A stretch of 60,662 nt of DNA, the filler included, from Hausera hauseri (lineage: Eukaryota): NCBI GenBank assembly GCA_046269625.1. It is 10 parts of 10 records of this genome, joined end to end, with 100 filler letters (N's around TTAATTAATTAA, not from the genome) between each part and the next. Parts side by side here need not be neighbours in the genome. Positions count along the whole stretch, not along the records: positions 1 to 5,126 come from JBJURY010327050.1; positions 5,227 to 10,056 come from JBJURY010421919.1; positions 10,157 to 15,727 come from JBJURY010228407.1; 7 more parts are not named here. The stretch is one strand, 5' to 3'. Positions 1 to 12,007 of the stretch are shown one piece after another. The notes beneath the pieces were generated by a model. The model ran no database searches and was not told the DNA's origin. It was given only the letters and a program-made list of their open reading frames with translations. Position 1 is the first letter of the stretch, and each line of letters opens with the position of its first letter. The position numbers were made by a program, and so were the translations under genes.

Positions 1-546
1 CTAATACATATATATGGTGATAGTGTCTGGGTTAATGCTAAAGCTAACAGGCTAAGCTGAGGTTCTTCTTCTATGAAGCAGCTCTGTTGTCCTCCATCCA
101 TATTTTCAGTTGCAGACTGATTCATTTTTACTTTCTCCTCTCTGTCAACACTCTCTGGTTTCATTTAAAAGAGCCAATTGTCAGATATTGTCCAAGTTTA
201 ACTGTCAAAGCTTGCTAGCAGCCTCCACCAATGACCTACCCACGTCCTCATTTACCCAGACTACTTTGCATATAAATAAAATGCCCGCATTCATGTAATA
301 AGTTTTTGAACTTTGTTTAAATTTTTTAAAAACTAAAAACCTTACAGTATGTTTCCAGTCTTTATATATTACAGATAAAATAAGTGTTTATCAAATAAAG
401 TCTAATGTTACAACAAATCATGCATCCTTTTTAAAAAAAATGGCCTGAGATGTTACATTTAAAACCAGTGTCTACACATGGTGGACAAACCAGTTTCACA
501 ATGACAATCAAAAGTGCAAAAGAGGACTCTCAAGTCCTGATTAAAC

Positions 547-725
547 CCTATTGTTCAGAAAGGACCATTAGCTCCATCAACCACGACTATCGTTAGAGCC
601 TTATAACCCCTATTGTTCATAAAGGACCATCAGCGCCATATCAGGGCCCTGATGATCGGCTGATACCTGACGATCGTTAGAGCATTTAAAATCCCTATTG
701 TTCAAAGAGGACCATCAGCGCCACA
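547..725 (+). repeat. Three imperfect direct repeats (CCCTATTGTTCAnAnAGGACCATyAGC)
   Basis: Copies start at about 547, 608 and 693. Confidence 0.8.
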
Positions 726-1318
726 TTCATATTTCCATCGTTCATACAGGACGATCAACACCATCAACCTGACGTTTACTACTATGCCCAGAATAACTAT
801 ATATTTAACTGTTTTTAAATTGTAACCCAGACTACTGAAATGCTTCAGGATTTGTGACTCTATCAAAATGAGGATTAAGTCAAATTCGGTCAAAATGAGC
901 AAACTACATTTTCATTGTTGGCTTTAAAAGTGACATTTTCATACCTGGATCATTGTGATATCATAAGTGGACCTGAGCAATATGACTTCATTTGTCGTGT
1001 TGGTTATGATAATAATAATTTTTAGTCTGAATTCTAATTTTATGTAAATGTATTGAGCAAAGTAACAAAGTAACAAATACATTGCAGCTCAACTGAACAA
1101 TTTAAAGGCACTATTCCTCAAAATGAGTTTTTTTTCATGCTACTGCTCAAAAAATGCTTGAATTTTTTTAGGATTATATTTCAGACAACTCATTCAAATG
1201 GTACATTTATGAGGCATTAATTTATCAAATTTTGAGAAAATGCAAGTTTTGAACACATTAAAACCAAAATAATTTGGATTTGATGGGTCACATATTTTCA
1301 AAGCTGTTTTTCACTCAC

Positions 1319-2112
1319 CTCAACACAGGATATGTCATTGTGATCATCTTGTTCAAAGTCCGAACTGCTGGTATCAAGGAAAAGGTGAAAACTCTGGTCA
1401 TCTTCTGTGCAATATATAAAAAGTTCAAAGCAGAGGAGAGTATGTTTTAATAAAAATGCCTATATTCTTTAGATGTACCCACAACATTAGAAAACAAACC
1501 ATGTGATCCACATTCTCATTCATGACAATATTTAAAAGCAGAAGTAACCATGAACTATGTACATTTCATAAGGTAAGACCAAAAAATAAAGATATTTAAT
1601 CATTATCAAGCCACATGCGCTAAACTAACACTGACATTGTAAAATAAGAAAATAATTAAGTAGTTCTCTCAATTGCTGATAAACATATTGGGACAAATTG
1701 ACACTGGCACTTAAGCACACAATATTTTTTTGTCAGTATAAATGACGATTATTTGCTTACCATTATCTGAAAAGTAAGTTGGGTGGATTTCTTGTGATTC
1801 TTCCATCAGGTCAACTAACTCGTTGTTGTCCTGGTCATAATGCACTATTTCATTTTCATTAACAAAGTCATTAACATTTTCTTCTTCCAAGTCTTCTTGG
1901 TCTGCAAACATCGACTGTGCAGACAGTGAGTTATTTGATGAGACATTCTGAGCTTCTTCTGATCTTGCCTTCTTGGGATTGTTTTCCACAACGACATTGC
2001 TCAGATATCGTTTTTTATGGTAAAAATATTGTGAATGAGAGAGCTCAGTATTGCAGTGTTGACAAAAACGCCTAGGTTTTTGGTTCTTCGTTTTATTAGG
2101 AACTTCCATCAT
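1319..2112 (-). CDS. 5' exons of a spliced gene with an N-terminal Cys/His motif and acidic linker, possibly an EnSpm transposase N-terminus
   Basis: Motif RRFCQHCNTELSHSQYFYHKKRY. Donor GTAAG follows 1761. Second exon at about 1404-1319 is bounded by CAG and GTGAG and encodes EDDQSFHLSLDTSSSDFEQDD. Confidence 0.4.
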
Positions 2113-2300
2113 CTCTGCGTTTTTTGCGTACGTGTGTTAGTATTTAACACCTGGGACCGGTGTCACAACAACATTACCTGTGATTGGACAAGACAGATCA
2201 CGTTCAAGGTGAGACCTCGCGAGACTATAGGATTAACATCTCTTCACCTTCCTCGTCCTCATTTCACATTTGTCTTCTCTGCGCATGCTAACGAACCAAA

Positions 2301-3815
2301 ATGGCGGGACGTAGACTGAATTTTTACTCTCCAGAAACTCCTCGTGGGCCTCACCAACCAGCTACTTCCACTAGTCCCGCCACAGACGAGAAGAGGCTGC
2401 TAAGTGCAATTAGTGGTTTGTCTCGCCAGCTTGCTCAGTTTTCGAATGAGATTTACAACAGGCTGGATTCTCTTTCCGAGAGACTGCGTGTTGTTGAAAC
2501 AAACACAGCCACGACCACGTCTCGTCCAGAAAGCGAAAGGCACGGGAGAAAAAGGCGACAGAACAATCCGAAAATTGCGGTATGATTTGTTTGTTTTTTT
2601 TCCTTCTGCACGAATAATACTAAATATCTTCACAGTAGTAAGTTTACAGTTATTTATTTATTTATTTATTTAGGAGGCCATCCGTCGCCTGCACAGGTCC
2701 GACTCAAGGCTTGAAAGGCAATACGATCCTTTAAAAGGGTAAGAATCAAAGTATTATTATGATGGAGAAAAAGGTTTGTTTTTACTGCTACTTAGCTTCA
2801 CGTTTATTTTCACAGACTGAGTTCGGATCACAATGAGGCCGTGACTTCGGCGTTGGTCGGGATTTTAAAGGCAAGCCCGGATTTTCACGAAGTGGGCACT
2901 GACGTCATTGTTTGTAAGTATTACTCTACGTTACTTTACTGGTTTGCTTATAACTGATGTTGTACTCCATGTTTAAACTCACCCGCATAACTCTCAAATA
3001 TGTTTTTTCAGGTGCATGTAAAACCTTCTATGAGACTGTGCGTCGCAGCTTCCGTTACAGTCAACCCGACCTTGCTGACAAAGCTGCAGCAGCTAAGAAT
3101 TCTGCCCGGTGTCGATCAAGAAGGAAGCGGGTGAGGATTGTGAATCAATTTTTACCTTGGAAACTTATCATAAACATTTTCTTTCTTATCATAAATCCTT
3201 TTATTAAAATGTTATTTACATTGTGTATGTGCTTAGTCAATCCACTGAAGGTAAGTCGGATTTTTATTTAACAAAATACTGTCACATGGATGGCACCATT
3301 TTTGTTAGTATGCTCACTGTGTTATTGTTAATAGGCTAAACTGAGGCTCTGCTTTCATAAAGCACCTCTTCTCCATCCTCATTTTCAGTTGCTGGCTGAT
3401 AAGATATTGTCCAAGATTTTTAATTTTTGTCTTTAACTTCCTCTAAGAGTGAGTTAGAATGACTTTTTTAATTTTTATTGTATTCATTTCTGTTTTGTGT
3501 GTTCTGTGTCAACAGCTGCTGGATGCGAGGCAGAGTGTACTGGTTGGAGAAGAGGTGGCATTCTGGGAAGGTGTCACCATAGACCTAATGTCGGATGAAG
3601 AGGATGGCACTGTTGATGGCGTGTCAGGGTGGATTGTAAGACCTCCTGGTTTCCGAAGCCAGGAGCTCACTGACCTCTGCTCAGCTCTGCAGAAGAGACT
3701 AGATGGAAATCCGAAATACAACGCTACACACCACAAGCGTTTGTACATTGGACCATGTTCAGAAAGATTGACACCGGCACATGGTTCTGAAGTGGACAAG
3801 CATTATGTGTCCTGA
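2301..3815 (+). CDS. C14orf93-like protein, 5 exons, 286 aa
   Basis: Exons 2301-2579, 2674-2738, 2816-2913, 3012-3130 and 3516-3815 have GT-AG introns and consistent phases. The C-terminus WEGVTIDLMSDEED...WIVRPPGFRSQELTDLC...GPCSER matches the C14orf93 C-terminal pattern (MSDEED..W..RPP.FR...LT.LC). Confidence 0.8.
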
Positions 3816-3884
3816 TTCAGTGTTTTTTTTTCTTTTGATATTTAATGAGTGTCTTTTTATTTTGCAGGAGTTCTGTTTTTTTTT

Positions 3885-4405
3885 ATTTTGCAGGAGCTCT
3901 GTTTTTATTTGTAAGAGCTCTGTTTTTATTTGTAAGAGCTTTGTTTTCATTTATAAGAGCTCTGTTTTTGTTTTATTTGTAAGAGCTCTGTTTTTTTATT
4001 TGTTAGAGCTCTGTTTTTTGTAAGAGCTCTGTTTTTTGTTAGAGCTCTGTTTTTTTATTTGTAAGAGCTCTGTTTTTTTATTTGTAAGAGCTCTGTTTTT
4101 TTATTTGTTAGAGCTGTTTTTTTATTTGTTAGAGCTCTGTTTTTTAGTTGTAAGAGCTCTGTTTTTTAGTTGTAAGAGCTCTGTTTTTTAGTTGTAAGAG
4201 CTCTGTTTTTATTTGTAAGAGCTCTGTTTTTATTTGTAAGAGCTCTGTTTTATTTATTTGTAAGAGCTCGGTTTTATTTATTTGTAAGAGCTCGGTTTTA
4301 TTTATTTGTAAGAGCTCTGTTTTATTTATTTGTAAGAGCTCTGTTTTTTTTGTAAAGAGTTTTTTTTTATTTGTAAAGAGTGTTGCCTTTTTTGATTTGT
4401 AAAGA
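3885..4405 (+). repeat. Minisatellite, unit about 20-24 bp (TTTGTAAGAGCTCTGTTTTT(T)A)
   Basis: About 20 tandem copies immediately 3' of the C14orf93-like stop codon. Confidence 0.95.
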
Positions 4406-4970
4406 GTATTTTATTTAAAAAATAAAGCATGTTAAATATCCAAGTCAAAGTCTATAATTTTCTTACTGTATTTTAGTTTATATGATTAAATGAAATCTAT
4501 AAAGTGTTTAATATAATATATAATAGTAATATCATATATAATTCATAATATTCATAAATGGGGAGGGGTTTACCCAGGCCTGTATTTTATAAAGGCTCAG
4601 GCTGTCCAATAGGGACATACTTAACAACCAATCACATGTGAGAAATGAATTGGGAGGGCTTTTACTTTCAACCAATGACGTGGTGGCAAGCCCGTTCTGC
4701 TGCTGTGGCTGTTACCCCCTGTGCTGCAATTCATATGGTAAATGAGGTCATTCACACCTCCAAGCGTAGAGTCCCCGGCGGTCCCCCCGCGCGCACCCCC
4801 CCCCCCCCCAGGGTACGTTTCCGGGAATTTTCAGCGCCTGTAAATGCAAACGTGAGGACTTGAAAATTGCTGCAAATTCCTGCAAATTAGCAAGATTGAC
4901 AGCAGTTTTCAAGGACGAAAATCCCACTTTTCATGCAGTGTGAATTGTGTCATTGATCCAAAGTTAGAGC

Positions 4971-5126
4971 TAGGGCTGGGCGATATACCGAAAAATAACT
5001 GATACCGACATTTATGTCAATAACCGACGTCATTTTGCCCACGTCGGTAATTTCGGTATTTAAAAAAAATGAGGAAAAGAGAAACCTGCTTGTTTTCTGT
5101 TGCGGTCTCTAAAGCCGTCCCGTCTG
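4971..5126 (+). mobile_element. 5' terminus of a hAT-type non-autonomous element
   Basis: Starts TAGGGCTGGGCGATATACCG with ACCGA/CGGT subterminal motifs, typical of fish hAT MITEs. Truncated by the contig end. Confidence 0.6.
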
Positions 5127-5226
5127 NNNNNNNNNNNNNNNNNNNNNNNNNNNNNNNNNNNNNNNNNNNNTTAATTAATTAANNNNNNNNNNNNNNNNNN
5201 NNNNNNNNNNNNNNNNNNNNNNNNNN
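5127..5226. other. Artificial contig linker (N44-TTAATTAATTAA-N44)
   Basis: Identical 100-bp linker with stops in all six frames. It recurs at 10057-10156, 15728-15827, 24173-24272, 28936-29035, 40002-40101, 44388-44487, 51191-51290 and 56079-56178. Confidence 0.98.
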
Positions 5227-8200
5227 CTCTTGAATTTAAGACTGGAAATACATTTATGAAACATAACTTCACTGTAGTTTCCAACATGTCTCGAAGCGCA
5301 ATACTTGGACGTGACTTCCTAAACCAACATAATGCGCGAATATACTTCAATCTTCGGAAAATTAGAATTAATAGCGAATACATCGACTTACAAGATGATA
5401 TTCACATAGCGTCGATTTTGAGAGTCAAGAATAAAGCCACACTCTGTTAAGTTGGTAATAGTCTTCATGAAAGTACTGGAAGGAAAATGATAAAATAACT
5501 GTCGAACCCCTGGCACAAGATGATATCAATAATGAGCCAAGCTTGCAAACCATCCATGGCATAGTACAGTTAAATAGAGAAAGAGAATTTCCTGTCATGT
5601 TGATAAACCGTACGGGAAAAACTATCACTCTCCATAAAGGTTGTGTTATAGCTCAGACAGAAAGGGAAGACAGTAACCATCATATAAATATGAACGAAGC
5701 TAAACTAACCGAGGAAGAACAAAGAAATCAAACAATAAGTTCAAAACAACAATCCATCCAAGAAACAGCCAGTAAAGAACAAAAATACGCGCATCAGGCA
5801 AAACTATTGAGCGAAATAAGACAAGGGATGTGGAATTTGAAAAAAGAAATATCAGTAGCACAAGCTTCAACGGAAGAAGATAGAGTTACAAAATTGCTGG
5901 CAACGTAACAAGCTGATGAAAAATACAAACAAATGATTGAAACCTTTGTGAGAAAACATACGGACATATTTGCATTGTCTGATATCGAACTTGGTAGAAA
6001 GCAAACTGTCGAAATGAAAATTGACACCGGGACTCACGCTCCAATAAGCCTTCGCCAATATCGTACACCATTAGGAAACAGGGAGATCGTAGAAAAAGCA
6101 GTGGAGGAAATGCATAATGCAGGAATTATAGAATGAACCCACTCAGAATGGTCCTTCCCCGTCTTTATTGCCACAAAGAAAGATGGCACACACAGATTTT
6201 GTGTTGACTATAGGGCCCTCAACGCGATAACAACCAATGTTAGTTTTCCCTTACCGCTTATAGACGACATACTTGGCATGTTCGATGAAACCACGCATTT
6301 CACGACACTTGACGCTAGATTCGGATTTTGGAGTATACCGATGGCACCAGAAACAAAAGTAAAGAGCGCATTTTGCACTCATTCCGGACTATATGCATGG
6401 AATGTTATGCTGTTTGGCCTAAAAAGGTCTCCCCCGCCACATATCTGTCGCTCATGAATTGTGCATTAGAAGGTTTGCAAACATTTGCCCTTGCCTACAT
6501 TGATGACATACTGATCTTTACAAAAGGAAACGTGGAAGACTATTTACGCCACATTGAGTCAGTATTCGAGAGACTACGACGTCATAAATTATAACTCAAG
6601 CTTAGTAAATGTGAATTTCTGAAAGAGGAGACCAAATACTAAGGATTTACAATTACGAAGGAAGGCGTGAAACCCGATAGTGATATAGTGCAAGCAATAA
6701 GATCAATGGGCGCACCAACGACTACCAGGGAAGTTAGAGGAATTCTAGGCACATGTGGATATTATCGCAGATTTATCCCTAATTTTTCGGCAATTGCAGA
6801 ACCCATAGTTGCACTTACAAGAAAGTCCGCGAGATTTCACTGGGATGAGGAATGCCAAAAAGCGTTTGAGTATCTGAAGGAAAATTTGTCAGTAGTACCT
6901 TTACTTGCATACCCGAATCCGAACAAACCTTACGTTTTGTATACAGATGCTTCGGAGTACGCCATTGGCGCAGTTTTAGTGCAAAAGGAAGGACAGATTT
7001 AGTCAAAGGGAAGCTGATTACTAAAGAAAAGCCCATATATTTTCTGTCGCACCGGCTCACAAAAGCGCAACGAAAATGGTCAGTCACAGAAAATGAGGCG
7101 TATGTGATTATTTTGCCCTACAAAAGCTTCACTTCTACTTACACAATAGTGAATGTACGATACGAACAGATCATATGACACTCAAAGCTGTGCTACGATC
7201 CGATGTCCAGAATAGAAGAATACAAACATGGATTCTAAATTTACAAAGGTATCAGATGAAAATTGAGTATATACCCGGGTCAGAAAACACGGTAGCTGAT
7301 TTGTTATCGAGAATGCCTACTAGAGTTCACACAGATGTAGAACCTGAAGACAAAGGAGGGACGCCTGACATAGACGACCATACGTTTCAAATTTCAGTCG
7401 TCAACTGGAACGATACGGAGTCAAATGAAACGTATAGTGAACCGGAGTCCGAGCAGAGTGAATTAGAGGATATATGTATAAAAGAAGAACAAAGTAAAGA
7501 CAGCATATTACAACAAATTAAAAGTGAGATGATGTCTACCAATGTAGAGAAAGTCATCAGATGGAAAAAAATATTTGATTGAAGATGATGTACTCTACAG
7601 AATAGATGGAGAAGGAGGGTATCAGTTGTGTATACCTGTTCATTAAAAGGATAGAATATTAGATCAGTAACATGATAAACTTGCTCACTTGGGAAGATAT
7701 TGAACTTATTCGATGATTAAAAGAAAGTATTTCTGGATAAACATGCAAAAGGATATTGCAGAATATATATCAAATTGTCAGCCCTGCAAACTACGTAATA
7801 TGGAATGTTTAAAACACCCCATGCAAGAGCCTGAACATGCAAGATTCCCTTTCGAGAAATTCAGCCTTGATCTATCTGGTCCCCACCCGCCGACAGCGTC
7901 TGGAAATACATACATACTCCATATCGTGGATATATATAGTTGTTGGTCGGAATTGTATCCACTTCCTAGTAAAGCAGCTGAAAATATAGTGGACATTCTA
8001 GTAGAAAAATTTACTCCAAGCTTTGGATGTCCCAGAGAAATTATTACAGACAACGGGACAGAGTTTGTCTACAAAGCCATGAACGACAAGCTTAAAGTAC
8101 TTAACGTGAAACAGATAACAACGTCCTATTATAATCCAGGAGCAAATGGCGTCAACGAATGTCAACACAAAGTTATTTACGATGTTATTACGAAATATGT

Positions 8201-8660
8201 TAAGGATCAACCAGCAGACTGGGATTTATATTAAAACATAGCTCCCATGACATTACGCATAATGGAGAATGGTAGTAGAAAGCATTCTCCGTACGAAATG
8301 ATATTTGGAAGGAAACCTATACTACCACTAGATAATTTATTAACTCCATGGTATCGGTATCAAGGAGATGATTTCCATGAATATTTACTGCGGAAATTAC
8401 ATGAAATTTCAGTCAAGGTCAGTAGAAATGTCAGAAAATCGTTCCAAAAACGCAAAGACCAAAGTGAAGGCAAGACAGTGTACCAAGAATTTGAGATAGG
8501 TGGTAAAGTGTATTATAGTGTGCATCACAGAACGTCAAAAATGCAGAACAAATGAATTCCGGGGTATACGATAATTGAAAAAAAGAGGACCAGTTACGTA
8601 TTTCATCAAGAACCAGATCACAGGTAAAAAAGCAACAGTTACAACAGACTTTTTAAGAAA
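5227..8660 (+). pseudogene. Ty3/Gypsy pol (protease end, RT, RNase H, integrase), degenerate
   Basis: Motifs ILGRDFL; RFCVDYRALN; AYIDDILIF; GYYRRFIPNF; LYTDASEYAIGAVL; YFW..MQKDI..YISNCQPC; IITDNGTEF. Multiple stops and frameshifts. Confidence 0.93.
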
Positions 8661-9864
8661 AGACGACAGGAATTTCCCTGAAGAAAGACAACCAGAAAGT
8701 GCAGAAAGAATACGGAAAGCAAGATATGTAGTACTGCCAGAAGCAGATAACACAGATGCATTAGACGAAGCAAGTATAACCGAAACGCTGACAGAAGAAG
8801 AAAGTGATTCTAGATACGAACGTATAAAACAACATATTTTATCACAAGTAGTTAGAAGGATTGAACCAAGGCCGTAAAATGACCCTAATCCAGCAGATCA
8901 GCAGTCCATTACATATTCAGGTGCACCGTTTCGAAGGAGAAATACGCGAGCAGCTGTTAGAAGAGGCGAGGAATCAGCAATTAAAAAGAGGACGAGATAT
9001 GAGAAGTAGTTCTTATAATGAAAGTGATATTCCGCTATTAGAACGAAAGAAAAGGTTACAATATAGAGAGCAGAGATTATCACAACAAAGAGAAAATGAG
9101 GAAGAAGCAAAAAGTGATCAAGAAAGTAGAACAGAACTGGAGACAGATTCAAGGTTATCGGACATGGACCAAATGGCAAGNNNNNNNNNNATATGTAAAG
9201 AAACCTAATGATAGTGTTAGCAAACAATCCAAAATCCCCATCAGCAAGGCCATGCAATTAAAAAGAAGAATTAATACCACACAGGTCAATGAGATAAGGG
9301 AAACGCAGAAAGAATTCAAGGTAGCAGTGGAAGACAAAGTTGAAGAAATAAAAAGTATTATTCACGCAAAAGATAGAGAAATAGAAGAAATACGAGGGTT
9401 AATTCAAAAGTTGATGGCATCTAGACAAAACACGGAAATAAAATTGAAACAACTTCATAATACTGTCAATGAGAAGGAGAAACTAATAAGGAATCTACAG
9501 AAACAGTTTCAAGACCTGGAAGAAGAACATTCCGAAAAGGTAAGAACGATCACTATATTAAGGAACAAGTTAGCACAGCTGGCAAATAGCAGAACGAAAA
9601 AAAGAGCAAATAATACAGCAAAGTACAATGCAAGATAAGACAGAAAGTAGAGTAGAAAGAATACAAAATAGACAAGAAAAAGCAGAATTTTCTAGCGGTA
9701 ATATTGATCAAGTGAATGCACAAACTAACGTCCAACAGAATCATGATCAATTGCTACAAACGATGTCTCATTTTTTTTATATTAACGTTAGCACAGTTAT
9801 GAGTCATTTAATCAAGAAGCGAATACGATATAGACTTCTTTATTTTGTAAAGAACTTCTTATGA
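8575..9864 (+). other. Charged/coiled-coil ORF remnants 3' of the Gypsy integrase
   Basis: ORFs 8575-8877, 8861-9208, 9096-9638 and 9628-9864 are Glu/Lys/Gln-rich with heptad-like periodicity. Small internal gap at 9181-9190. Confidence 0.45.
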
Positions 9865-10189
9865 ACACGAACTGTTTGTTTATTATGAAACTAATATGTT
9901 TATGTAACGATAAATGCAATGTGTTTGTGCTTGCAATGATTTTTTTTTTGTTGAAAAATGTATGTTGCACAGAGTATCTGCAGAGATTTTGGTAGATTTG
10001 AAAATTTGTGGAATCTTTATTTTTAAGAAAAATCGTTGATGTAGAGAGTTATTTACNNNNNNNNNNNNNNNNNNNNNNNNNNNNNNNNNNNNNNNNNNNN
10101 TTAATTAATTAANNNNNNNNNNNNNNNNNNNNNNNNNNNNNNNNNNNNNNNNNNNNACAGTGAGCAAACTCTCTCAAAAGATGTCTCAA

Positions 10190-10290
10190 TTGTTTTACCT
10201 CGGATGCCCTTCCTGACAAAATCTAGCCTCAAACCTTCAGCCTTAGGATTACAAGACCATGGAACTGACCACTGATCTACTGCAGCCCAG
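10190..10290 (-). mobile_element. Probable tRNA-derived SINE fragment
   Basis: Minus strand has an A-box-like TAGATCAGTGG and a B-box-like GGTTTGAG, followed by TCAGGAAGGGCATCCG, a motif common in SINE bodies. Confidence 0.4.
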
Positions 10291-12007
10291 ATTCAAAGAG
10301 TTAATAATACTGGTGTCACTTTTTTTTCGAACTGAGACATCATTATCTGAGAAATTACTTCTAATGAAAACAAAACAATCAATACACTTGTATTTGCTTC
10401 GTGTCAATGTTCAGTGTTGACCTAAAGCTTTTACAAGAGCAGATATCACATTTATGAGGCTCTGCGTGAAGCAACGTTTATTAATGTCCCTTATAAACAC
10501 TTTGTAGTGCAGCATGTAAGTATGGTATATAACTTAATGTTACATTAATTTTAACACTGCATTTGACGTTCTAAAAAAACAAACTCAGCTGAAGATGTGC
10601 ATTAGCCACATGATAATGCTGCTAAACTGACTCAAGCAGAGCTTCCTGTTTTGAGCCTTCGGGCGTGTTCTATCCAGTTAAAGAGCGATACTGATGTTTT
10701 CTATTTTTATCATCAATAAATGCTTCTGTATATATGTGTGTAAAATATTTCCGCATCAAATAGTTAAAAACGTAATAGAAGCAATAACGAACAATGGGTT
10801 AAGAAAACACAATTTTGGATCGTGCAAATATACTAAAAGAAAGAAAGAAAGTCTTGAAGGAAAAATGTGAGATCGTCATCGTCGAGTTCCATGAAAAATT
10901 GAATGTAAAATAGATGCTTAAAAAATGTGTTCGATCTGTGTAGCTGAGCTGGCCTCCAATTGAGAATATTGTGATTCTGATCGTAATCAACGAATGATTG
11001 GTAATTATTTAAGCTTTGTACAATTAATAAAGTTATGTGTAATCATTAAGGACGTATGGTATAATTTAGGTTTATGACAAGGACTGAGACTGTCTTAATG
11101 ACAAGGACTGAGACCTCAAGTTAGTTACTTCTAAATTCAGTGGGTTAGGATGTAGAGTTCAATCTTATCATGACTGCAAATATGTATCGCTCTAACATCT
11201 CAATTGAACACCTACCTGATGTTACAAGTATGTATATATATATATAAATATAAAAGGTATAAAACTCAACAATACACAACACTTATAGTAGCAAAAACAA
11301 AGATGCCATCAGCGAAATTAAAAGGAGCAAAAAGAAAATAGTACATCAAGAACCAAACCAAGAAGTTAAATGAAGTTGGATATCTAGACTTGGAAAAAAG
11401 CTTATTATGAATAGTGATAGCGTTGTCAAGGGATTATTACCACTATTCATGCCAAGCAAACACCAGGTTTCTGCCTATACTCATAGTAATTAAATAAAAT
11501 GAGTATATATAATCCCAACCTGGTGAACTTTACGAATCCACAACCAAAGAAACCAAAGAACATACAAAACTGAACTGAAACCAGAAAAAAACTGAAAACC
11601 ACAGTGTGCTGCCATCTTTTGAATAGGAAATCATTTTATTGATACATGAAAAATAATTAAAATCCAAGAAATAATATAAATAGAGAAGATATATCCACAA
11701 ATATTTTAATATTGTATAATGAAATGTTGTATAAAGAGTTATTAGAAACAACGGGCAGAATGCACCGATGTCTTAGTAACCCAAGAGAATAAGGCAATAA
11801 ATGAAAATAACACAATTGTGACATAATAAAAATAAAGACCCAATATCAACATGTGCTGCCAACTGTTATATTATAAATGAACTATTAGCATAAAATTAAA
11901 TAAAGCCAATCGAAATTTTATTCATAATTACTGAAAAATATTAAGATAATATTAATACATCAAGATAAAGTTGAAATAGTTTTTTTCTCCTCTCCTTTTA
12001 ATGGGCA

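Larger units (their letters stand above)
1..4940. mobile_element. Probable EnSpm/CACTA-type DNA transposon, one end only
   Basis: Ends ...TTTTCATGCAGTG at 4940 (CACTG... on the minus strand). Contains two divergent spliced genes and a subterminal tandem array. Neither the catalytic transposase core nor the other end is visible. Confidence 0.4.

Noticed and set aside
3885-4405. Repeat array as a possible CRISPR
   Set aside because: No unique spacers and no cas genes; it is a eukaryotic minisatellite. ORFs 3759-3950 and 3781-4023 are by-products of the repeat.
5171-5383. ORFs that cross linkers, and the many antisense ORFs over pol, pPolB and BLTP1
   Set aside because: Artefacts of N-runs or shadows of real coding sequence on the other strand.
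10583-10632. Hammerhead-like CTGAAGA with a TGTG/CACA stem near the Penelope-like element
   Set aside because: The GAAA core is missing (GATAA instead), stem III is unclear, and it is on the opposite strand to the element ORF.
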